A DNA stretch of 64,000 nucleotides from positions 2,236 through 66,235 of the forward strand of contig JAUSKP010000048.1 of assembly GCA_030646555.1 (NCBI GenBank). The letters are read 5' to 3'. Below, in pieces: positions 56,683-64,000 of the stretch. A model generated the notes under the pieces. It had not been told where the DNA came from. It made no database searches and saw nothing but the letters and a program-made list of their open reading frames with translations. The stretch comes from a bacterium (GTDB lineage: Bacteria; Patescibacteriota; Minisyncoccia; UBA6257; 02-FULL-45-10c). Within the stretch, counting starts at the first letter, position 1; each line of letters starts with the position of its first letter. Made by a program: the position numbers and the translations under genes.

Positions 56683-57307
56683 ACCGAAAAAATATTACGC
56701 TTATATGCTGACTAACAAAAATCAGTCCGGAATATTGGAAAACTGGAAAGAATGCGAAAAGATTGTTTCCGGAAAAGATGCCAGATATAGAAGCTTCACA
56801 TCCAAGGAAGAAGCTGGAAATTGGCTTAAAAACGGCGCTAACTATGAAGTAAGGCCCTCAAAAAAAATATCTCCCTTCGGGAGACCTCCCGCAGGGAGAG
56901 AAAAGGGGATCTATTTTGATTCCGGCACTGGCCGCAACCAAAAAGTGGAAGTGAGCGTCACCGATGAAAAAGGAAAAGATCTTTTGGACAAGATCAGGCC
57001 AAAAATAAAACTTAACAAATTTGGAAAACATCCGGAGCCTAAAGCTACAAATAATTATGGTGAATTATTAGGCTGTAAATACGCATTACAAATCTCTCTT
57101 AAAGAGAAAAATAAAAAAATATTCGGAGACAGCCAGCTGGTGCTGAACTATTGGTCCAAGGGATTCATAAACAAAAAAGAAATGGATAAAAATACAATCA
57201 AGCTTTCTGAAGATGTGTCAAAATTGCGCAAAAAATTTGAAGAAGCGGGCGGTACGATCGAATTTATTAAAGGTGCCTACAATCCCGCAGATTTGGGTTT
57301 TCATTAA
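56669..57307 (+). CDS. rnhA: Ribonuclease HI with N-terminal hybrid-binding (viroplasmin-like) domain
   Basis: KKYYAY..GI...W.EC...V.G....Y.SF....EA, FDSGTG, TNNYGEL, GDSQLV and NPADLG motifs. Confidence 0.85.
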   Translation: METVKPKKYYAYMLTNKNQSGILENWKECEKIVSGKDARYRSFTSKEEAGNWLKNGANYEVRPSKKISPFGRPPAGREKGIYFDSGTGRNQKVEVSVTDEKGKDLLDKIRPKIKLNKFGKHPEPKATNNYGELLGCKYALQISLKEKNKKIFGDSQLVLNYWSKGFINKKEMDKNTIKLSEDVSKLRKKFEEAGGTIEFIKGAYNPADLGFH

Positions 57308-57320
57308 ACCATTCAATGGT

Positions 57321-57812
57321 TTATTTGGTAAAAAATTCAAAAAATCGTTCTCGAAAAAAAATAAATAATGTCGCTCCTGACCCAATAATAAAACTTGAAA
57401 CAACCGAGGCGGTATAACCATATTCTCTCGCACACGCCTCAATAAAATACAGTGGCTTGATAAAATCCCTTCCCCTCCAATCAGTTGTTAGAGTGGTATT
57501 TCTATTATTAGCGTCGAGTGGTATGAGTAATTCTTTTTTTATGGCTTTATCAATCAAATCATCTATCTTTTTCCACTGTATTCTAACCAAATTTGTTCCA
57601 TATTCTGTTGCCTGTGTCGGATATTTACCACTTATACATTGATACCATCTGCGTATTGTTGATTTCCAATCTTCATAAAAGTTTTTTTCATGTGCAAGAT
57701 GTATTCTAAAATATGAACGACTTATATTGTCGTTAAACCAATTCGGGGCATTACCATCTTTCGGCCTGTTCGGACGTGTAAAATACCACATTAACCACCA
57801 AAGTTTTATCAT
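57321..57812 (-). CDS. Hypothetical protein with C-terminal hydrophobic segment
   Basis: 163-aa ORF filling the gap between rnhA and rnpB. No recognisable motif. Confidence 0.55.
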   Translation of the reverse strand: MIKLWWLMWYFTRPNRPKDGNAPNWFNDNISRSYFRIHLAHEKNFYEDWKSTIRRWYQCISGKYPTQATEYGTNLVRIQWKKIDDLIDKAIKKELLIPLDANNRNTTLTTDWRGRDFIKPLYFIEACAREYGYTASVVSSFIIGSGATLFIFFRERFFEFFTK

Positions 57813-57896
57813 AATACTTATTCTACTCCAAAGACATAATTTTTCAATAATTTTTGTATTACTTATGTTTATGGTATAGCCGCTAATTACAATTTA

Positions 57897-57925
57897 TTGA
57901 AATAAACTCCATAATATGTTATAGT
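57897..57925 (+). promoter_or_regulatory. Sigma70 promoter of rnpB
   Basis: TTGAAA, 17-bp spacer, TATAGT with TG upstream. Confidence 0.7.
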
Positions 57926-57929
57926 ATTT

Positions 57930-58579
57930 TTGTTGGCAGTTTAGACAGCAGCCGTGATCCGCCTTCGCTAAAGCTATGGCGGACAACGGAGGAAAGTCCG
58001 GACACTCCTCCGATGCAAATCGGAGAGCAGGGTAGCGGGTAACCCCCGTCCAGGACTCTATTTCGATAATAATTCCTAAACGCGTTGCCAGGATAAGTTG
58101 AAAATTTCAAGGCTTGCCGACAAGCCAGTGGATGATTCCACGGCTTGGAGGCATAACACAGAAATTTTCAAGTTAGACCGCAAACCTCCGGGATACAGCC
58201 AATTTTATTTATAACTGCGTTGGTCGTCGGAAATGTAGAATCATCTACTAATTTCCTCCTCCCGCCTGGTTCTAAATAAAATTGGCTAGTATCGCGTTGG
58301 AAACTATTATCGAAATAGAGTCCGATAGTAATATAGAGGTGCGAGCAGAAACGTCTTGTTTTGAAAAGAACAAGGAGACCTGATCTCAAGCTAATCGGTC
58401 TAGTTCAGATATAGAGATAAAAAATCTGAAATGAAACGGCTAAATCCTTACCCGAGTGCAAGGCCGTACTGCGCAAGCAGTGTGCCGCAAGAGCCATTAA
58501 GCAATTAGTGGCCCAGATAAATTGCTGTTATCTATCCGTTAAAAGACAGAACAGAATCCGGCTTATTAGCTGCCAACAA
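57930..58579 (+). ncRNA. rnpB: RNase P RNA (~650 nt, with large insertion)
   Basis: P1 ttgttggcag/ctgccaacaa. P4 halves GAGGAAAGTCCGG and ACAGAATCCGGCTTA. Conserved GTGCGAGCAGAAAC and TGAAACGG. P5 cactc/gagtg, P7 gggtag/ttaccc. Terminator follows. Confidence 0.92.
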
Positions 58580-58580
58580 C

Positions 58581-58605
58581 AAATCCCCTCGCAAGAGGGG
58601 ATTTT
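58581..58605 (+). terminator. rnpB terminator
   Basis: aaatcccctc-gcaa-gaggggatttt. Confidence 0.85.
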
Positions 58606-58635
58606 GTTTTCTTAATTAAAAAGAAAACCCGCTCC

Positions 58636-58845
58636 CTAGTGATAGGGGCGGGTTTTTATCTTTGCCCGGTTTACGAGAATGCTCGCACCGGAATAAAGAA
58701 AGAACAGAGAAATGAGCACTGTATTTATGTTCCGCAGTTCGCGAATGTAAATATGCATTTTAACACCGAGATAAGCCTCTGCCATGAGACCGCACACAGC
58801 GAAGCAGAACAATCCCCAGCAAACATCCTTCTGTTTATTAGACAT
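58636..58845 (-). CDS. Small membrane ORFan (69 aa)
   Basis: Two hydrophobic segments and AGGAG SD. Promoter TTGACA/TATAGT overlaps the murC 3' end. Terminator at 58624-58657. Confidence 0.55.
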   Translation of the reverse strand: MSNKQKDVCWGLFCFAVCGLMAEAYLGVKMHIYIRELRNINTVLISLFFLYSGASILVNRAKIKTRPYH

Positions 58846-58913
58846 GAAATTCTCCTAAAGAACAAATTCTTCCGTCTGATAATTCAGACTGAAGTTTTTA
58901 TACTATAACACAC

Positions 58914-60260
58914 TTATTTGTACTTTGTCAAGAGTTCCTGAGAATAGTTGATTATGTCGCCGGCACCCATCATTACGATAGTAACAGGGGACTTATAACC
59001 CCTAATTACCTCAAAAATAGCCTTATTTAAGCCCGTTTTAGGGTTTTCCAGGTATATTGAACCCTTAATATGATTGGCTAGACTTTTAGCATTATATCTA
59101 ATTTCTACCTGATTTTCCCTACCGGCAACCTTATAAATAGGGAACACAATAGTCTTATTGGCATCGGAAAATGCGCGCGTAAAATCTTTAAAAAGCGCTT
59201 TGAGCCGTTTGGCCTGATGAGGCTGAAAAACACATATCAGTTTGTTCTTGGGGTATTTTTCTTTGAGGCCCTGAAGCGTGGCCTTGACTTCATTCGGATG
59301 ATGGGCATAATCGTCAAAAAGAATAATTTTATTTTTTAAACTGTGAAATTTTAATTCGCCCTTATATTCCATTCTTCGCCAAACTCCGTTGAATTTACTT
59401 ATTGAACTTAAAATTATTTTTTCGGAAATATCCAAACCCCTGGCAACGGAGTAGGCGACAAGCGCATTCAATTGGTTGTGTTTTCCGGGAATTTTAAGCA
59501 TCCACCTAATCTCATCTTTAATTTTTGCCGGCACATCCGAAATTGGATATTTCTTCAAAGACGCCGCTTTTGAAACAACTTCGCCAAGAGCTTTATTGAG
59601 ATCATTAAATATTATTTTTGATCCGGCTTTATGATTTGCCAAAAATCTTTGAAAAGACTTTTTAACTCCAGCGAAGTTCTTATAAAAATCCAAATGCTCG
59701 CGATCAATATTGGTGATACCGGAGATAAAGGGATGATAATTCCAGAACGCTCCGCCATATTCATCGGCTTCTAAAACTAAATATTCACTTTTGCCTAATC
59801 GAAAATTGCTGCCATTAAACTCTTTAAGTTTGGTGCCTACTATAACCGTCGGGTCCAAACTGGCGCTTATCATAATTAAAGCCACTAAAGCCGTAGTCGT
59901 GCTTTTTCCGTGCGCGCCGGCAATGGCGACTATCTTGAATTCCTTGGAAAGTTCACCAACAGCTTCGGGATACGACATATGATCCAAACCCATTTTAAGA
60001 ACCTGCTTCATTTCGGAATTATCCAAATTAACCGCCTGACTATGGATGATCAAGGTATTCTTCAAATTTCTTATATTTCCGGCATTATGCCCAATATAGA
60101 CAACCGCCCCTTCTTTTGCCAAATCCCTGATTATAGGGGAGTCAGATAAGTCGGAACCTAATACTTTATACCCCTTAGACAAAAAATAACGCGCCAAGGC
60201 GCTCACGCCTATCCCGCCGATGCCAATGAAATAAATTAATTTATATTTGGCAAAAATCAT
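58914..60260 (-). CDS. murC: UDP-N-acetylmuramate--L-alanine ligase
   Basis: GIGGIGVSALA, GAHGKSTTT, EADEY, DDYAHHP and FQPH motifs. Confidence 0.96.
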   Translation of the reverse strand: MIFAKYKLIYFIGIGGIGVSALARYFLSKGYKVLGSDLSDSPIIRDLAKEGAVVYIGHNAGNIRNLKNTLIIHSQAVNLDNSEMKQVLKMGLDHMSYPEAVGELSKEFKIVAIAGAHGKSTTTALVALIMISASLDPTVIVGTKLKEFNGSNFRLGKSEYLVLEADEYGGAFWNYHPFISGITNIDREHLDFYKNFAGVKKSFQRFLANHKAGSKIIFNDLNKALGEVVSKAASLKKYPISDVPAKIKDEIRWMLKIPGKHNQLNALVAYSVARGLDISEKIILSSISKFNGVWRRMEYKGELKFHSLKNKIILFDDYAHHPNEVKATLQGLKEKYPKNKLICVFQPHQAKRLKALFKDFTRAFSDANKTIVFPIYKVAGRENQVEIRYNAKSLANHIKGSIYLENPKTGLNKAIFEVIRGYKSPVTIVMMGAGDIINYSQELLTKYK

Positions 60261-60402
60261 ATGAGATCAAATTGTTTTGGATTTAAAGTGGCTAGTCTGA
60301 GCGTAGGGGGAAGGGCTCCTTTTTCCTATACTACCTGTCGCACAATATACCTTTTGCGACATGTTATCCTATACACAAAGCTGAAGACGCCCGATAAGCC
60401 AT

Positions 60403-60669
60403 TTAAACACTTTCTGTCATCTTCTTTATTAGCTCTATCAAAAAATTATATGCCAACGAAAAATATTTTATAATAAATTCTGTAAAAACATTTATTATTT
60501 TTTGAATATCAATCCCCAATACATTTCCCAGCCAAACATTCGCGCCGCCCAACAAGTTCCAACCCTGCTTTAAAATCCCTAAAACGTCTTCTTTGCTCTG
60601 TGGAACATACTTGGCAAGCATTGCGCTGGCTGCGTTAAACATATTAAACAATTTAAGCCATATATCCAT
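60403..60669 (-). CDS. Hypothetical amphipathic protein
   Basis: 88-aa ORF collinear with neighbouring minus-strand genes. Confidence 0.5.
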   Translation of the reverse strand: MDIWLKLFNMFNAASAMLAKYVPQSKEDVLGILKQGWNLLGGANVWLGNVLGIDIQKIINVFTEFIIKYFSLAYNFLIELIKKMTESV

Positions 60670-60735
60670 TACTTAAGTATAAACCTTATAAATCGTGGCT
60701 TCAAACTCAAAAATCCCTCTTAAAAATAGCTAATT

Positions 60736-61998
60736 TTAGAGGTAATCTTCGGGATTTATTGTAACGCCAACAGGAACCAAGCCTTTTACCGGCGGGAAAT
60801 TCTTAAAAAGTAAACTCGGTGTCCAATAAATGCCAAGATGTAAATGGGGCCCCGTACTATAACCGGAATTACCGACGTATCCGATCAATTCACCGCGTTT
60901 TACAACATCTCCTTTTTTAACCGCCGTGGCTGAAAGATGTGGATATAAAGTACTTAAATTATTAGCGTGCTCTATCATAATATATTGGCCGTATTGATAT
61001 TTCTGCCAATAACTTCTGTCATTATTATCAACCGCGGACACCTTGCCGTCTTCCGCGGCAAAAACAGGCGTACCTATAGCCGCGCCTATATCCAAACCAT
61101 TATGGAAACCATTTTTATACAGCCTAATTGCAGCGGCGGTCCTTCCATATTTTTGAGTGATAATTCCCAAACCGCCATCTTTTTTAAGCTTAACCGGCCA
61201 AGCAAAAACCCCGGGTCTTTTAGACGGCAGTAAATTAGGATCAAAGCTCTCTCTTAATTTAGATTCAACATCGTTTATCTCTTTAGATAGGGCCTCTTGA
61301 TCTTTTTCGAGTTGTTTTATAAGTTGTTGGTATATTTTTTCCTGATTTTTAGTTTGTGTCAGCAAGCTTTGTCTTTCTGTTTTCTGATCCTGTAAAATTA
61401 CTTTTCTGTTCTTTAAATTTTTATTTTCTACTTCAACCTTAGATTTTTTAGTTGATCTATCAGTTAAGTTATTAGAGAGTTTGTCATTGAGAATTTGCAG
61501 ATCACCAACTTGATTAGAAAGCCCTGAATTTATGTCAACAATATTTTGTATTTCATCCATGCTCTCAGCAATACTTTTATTCTTTAAAATAATAACCAAG
61601 GAGTTTTCCATATCTTTTTTTTGCAGTTCCCGTAAAAGTTCGGCTATTGCCAGCTTTTTAACGTCAATCTGGGATTCCGTATCCCCAATATCGTATTTTA
61701 AAGCCTCTATTTCCAGATTAAGTTTTTGTATATTTAATTCGCTTGATTTGACGCTTAAATTAAGCTGATTAATGCTGTAATCTGATTTTTTAAGGTCTTT
61801 TTGAAGGGATTCCCTTTTTCCCTCGGTGGCTTCCAGATCTTCTTTTGTCTCAGTTATTTTTTGATTGACTTCTTGAAGAGCCTGAGTCTTTTCTTCAATG
61901 GCTTTTTTCAGTTCCTCCGGCGTTTCAGCGGCGAAAGAAATGCCTTTAAAAGCAAAATACAGAATAAATATAAAACAGATATAAGATTTCTTTGGCAT
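60736..61998 (-). CDS. Coiled-coil M23 family peptidase (EnvC/CwlO-like murein hydrolase or activator)
   Basis: Signal peptide, long coiled coil, HNGLD, YPHL and STGPHLH motifs. Confidence 0.9.
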   Translation of the reverse strand: MPKKSYICFIFILYFAFKGISFAAETPEELKKAIEEKTQALQEVNQKITETKEDLEATEGKRESLQKDLKKSDYSINQLNLSVKSSELNIQKLNLEIEALKYDIGDTESQIDVKKLAIAELLRELQKKDMENSLVIILKNKSIAESMDEIQNIVDINSGLSNQVGDLQILNDKLSNNLTDRSTKKSKVEVENKNLKNRKVILQDQKTERQSLLTQTKNQEKIYQQLIKQLEKDQEALSKEINDVESKLRESFDPNLLPSKRPGVFAWPVKLKKDGGLGIITQKYGRTAAAIRLYKNGFHNGLDIGAAIGTPVFAAEDGKVSAVDNNDRSYWQKYQYGQYIMIEHANNLSTLYPHLSATAVKKGDVVKRGELIGYVGNSGYSTGPHLHLGIYWTPSLLFKNFPPVKGLVPVGVTINPEDYL

Positions 61999-63437
61999 TA
62001 TTTCTCAAGCGCAATATTAATGCGCCTGATCGTTTCTTTTTTACCAAGAACGCCCATAATATCAAATGGACCGGGAGACTTATCTTTTCCGGACAAAGAA
62101 ACCCGGAGCGGCCAAAGCACGTCTCCCCTGCCGATCTCATTGGCAAAAGGCATCAGAATAGATTCCAGCTTGGCCTTATTAAAATCATTTTCGTTTATTT
62201 CTGAAATTTTTTCTAAAACTAATTTTAAATTTTCAAAAGATTTTTCAAGCGGAGAATTCTTCCAAACTAAAAGCTGTTTTTCGTAATTAGGCAAATTAAA
62301 GAAAAACTCGTTCATTTCCTTAAAATCAGTCAGTTTCTCCATTCTGTCCCTTGATAGATTGATCAGTTTATCAATCAGATCTTTCTTGATAAAATCGTGT
62401 CCGAAAATGTCTGCTAAAGATTTTTTTAATTCCGAAACTGGGGCTTTTTTAATATATTCTGAATTGAGCCAATTTAATTTTTTAACATCAAAAATAGCCC
62501 CGCCTTTCTGAACTCTGTCCAAGGAAAATTCTTTTATCATTTCCTTAAAACTTAGAACCTCCCGGTCTTCTTTGGGATGCCAGCCCATCAAACCGATAAA
62601 ATTAAGAATTGCTTCCGGTAAATATCCAAGTTGTTTATATTCAAAAACTCCGGTCGCGCCATGACGCTTGGAAAGCTTGGATTTATCCGGAGCAAGGATC
62701 ATCGGCAAATGCGCGAATTTTGGAGCCTCCCAACCGAACATTTTATAAAGAACAAGGTGTTTCGGCGTAGACGGCAGCCACTCCTCGGCGCGGATCACGT
62801 GAGAAATTTTCATTTCACGGTCGTCAATGACATTGGCTAAATGATAAGTCGGATAGCCGTCGGACTTCAAAAGCACCTGGTCGTCTATAAGCGACTGGTC
62901 AAACTCAACATCGCCCCTGATAAGGTCATGAACCGTTATTTTGCCGATTTTGGGCATTTTCATCCTTATCACATACGGCTCTTTACCTTCAACTTCCGAT
63001 ATTTTGATCCCGACTTCACGGCAATGGCCGGAATACATCGGCGGCCTTCCCATTTTCATCTGTTCTTCCTGATCGGCGGCCAATTTTTCTTTGGAACAGA
63101 CACAGACATAGGCATCTTTTTTTTCTAATAATTCTAAGGCGCGTTTTTTATAAATATCAACTCGTTCTGATTGAACCATCACATGACCTTCGTTGTCCAG
63201 TTCCATACCCAGCCATTTAAGAGCGGCTTTGATACGGTCAACTGAACCCGGAACCAGCCTTTCTCTGTCTGTGTCCTCAATTCTTAATAAAAATTTTCCG
63301 CCATTGCGCCTGGCAAAAAGATAATTAAAAAAAGCTGTTCTGGCGCCGCCAATATGAAGCTCTCCTGTCGGACTGGGCGCAAATCTTACTATCACTTTAT
63401 TTTTTCCGCCGAAGATATTTTTTAAAAAACTAAGCAT
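61998..63437 (-). CDS. gltX: Glutamyl-tRNA synthetase
   Basis: RFAPSPTGELHIGG, LRIEDTD and KLSKR motifs. Confidence 0.97.
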   Translation of the reverse strand: MLSFLKNIFGGKNKVIVRFAPSPTGELHIGGARTAFFNYLFARRNGGKFLLRIEDTDRERLVPGSVDRIKAALKWLGMELDNEGHVMVQSERVDIYKKRALELLEKKDAYVCVCSKEKLAADQEEQMKMGRPPMYSGHCREVGIKISEVEGKEPYVIRMKMPKIGKITVHDLIRGDVEFDQSLIDDQVLLKSDGYPTYHLANVIDDREMKISHVIRAEEWLPSTPKHLVLYKMFGWEAPKFAHLPMILAPDKSKLSKRHGATGVFEYKQLGYLPEAILNFIGLMGWHPKEDREVLSFKEMIKEFSLDRVQKGGAIFDVKKLNWLNSEYIKKAPVSELKKSLADIFGHDFIKKDLIDKLINLSRDRMEKLTDFKEMNEFFFNLPNYEKQLLVWKNSPLEKSFENLKLVLEKISEINENDFNKAKLESILMPFANEIGRGDVLWPLRVSLSGKDKSPGPFDIMGVLGKKETIRRINIALEK

Positions 63438-63440
63438 AAT

Positions 63441-64000
63441 TTATTTTAACAGCGCTTCTTTAATTGGAGCATTATTCGGATAAATATTAAGGCCGCTAAA
63501 AGATAAAAGATGCGCGGCTACGGTTTCGGACGAAAATGGCCTATAAAAAGCCGATGCTGACTTGGACATCGCTTTTAAAACTTCTGCTTTAGAAATTAAA
63601 GTTTCCAGTTGAACCAAAACCAAATGACTCAAGAAGTTTTCCTGTTCAATATCAATTGTGGCGCCCGATTCTTCAAATTCAATAGCATTCAAAACTTGAT
63701 GATCATTGGCCGCGTCCGGAAGTGGAATTAAAATTGAGGGCTTGCCAAAATATGCCAATTCAAAAATAGTGCCGGCTCCGGCGCGGGCCAAGATTATATC
63801 AGCGGCAATATAGGCGCTTTTTAGATTATTTTCAAAATAAGGATAAAATTTATAATTATTTTTTACCGGATCAGGAAGAGTCTTGCTCAAAAAATCGTAA
63901 TCTTTTTTATACTCATCAAAATTGCTTGGCCCGACTTGATGCAAGACCTGAAATTTAACAGAGAGAGTTTCAATGTTTTTAAGCACAAAATCATTAATAA
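63441..64000 (-). CDS. murG: MurG glycosyltransferase, 5' partial
   Basis: LHQVG, RAGAGTIFEL...GKPSILIP and HQVLNA motifs. Confidence 0.9.
   Translation of the reverse strand, partial: INDFVLKNIETLSVKFQVLHQVGPSNFDEYKKDYDFLSKTLPDPVKNNYKFYPYFENNLKSAYIAADIILARAGAGTIFELAYFGKPSILIPLPDAANDHQVLNAIEFEESGATIDIEQENFLSHLVLVQLETLISKAEVLKAMSKSASAFYRPFSSETVAAHLLSFSGLNIYPNNAPIKEALLK

Noticed and set aside
58033-58323. rnpB insert as a group I intron (3' end GAAATAGAGTCC resembles the S element)
   Set aside because: That segment is fully paired in the closing helix, and I could not find convincing P, Q or R elements or a P7 G-binding site.
57919-58389. Minus-strand ORFs of 63 and 73 aa
   Set aside because: They are antisense to RNase P RNA and have no protein motifs.

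Overview
AT-rich bacterial window in the standard genetic code, with tightly packed core genes that mostly lack Shine-Dalgarno sites. Gene content and streamlining suggest a Patescibacteria/CPR (Parcubacteria-like) chromosome; this is an inference, not a database result. It holds the infA-rpmJ-rpsM-rpsK-rpsD-rpoA-rplQ-rplM-rpsI cluster and cell wall/shape genes (murA, two mreB, mreC, mreD, PBP2, ftsEX, mraY, murC, murG). It also holds secA, lepA, typA, prfB, proS, gltX, dnaX, holB, scpAB, three tRNAs and RNase P RNA. Main oddities: (1) a ~650-nt RNase P RNA with a ~290-nt structured insertion closed by a 19-bp perfect helix, plus a repeat element in P3. (2) Several families of short palindromic REP/RPE-like elements that nest in each other and sit in frame in at least eight proteins. 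(3) Inverted heptamer arrays flanking a four-helix-bundle (IVS/Avd-like) gene, also seen as empty or solo copies, including inside tpiA. (4) ORFan cassettes sharing a promoter, boxA-like motif, strong SD and terminator layout. (5) A candidate two-state RNA switch upstream of an AI-2E transporter. (6) Truncated core proteins (RpoA without its CTD, RF2 without domain 1) and a DedA-TpiA fusion. All RNA structures were read by eye and have not been computed.
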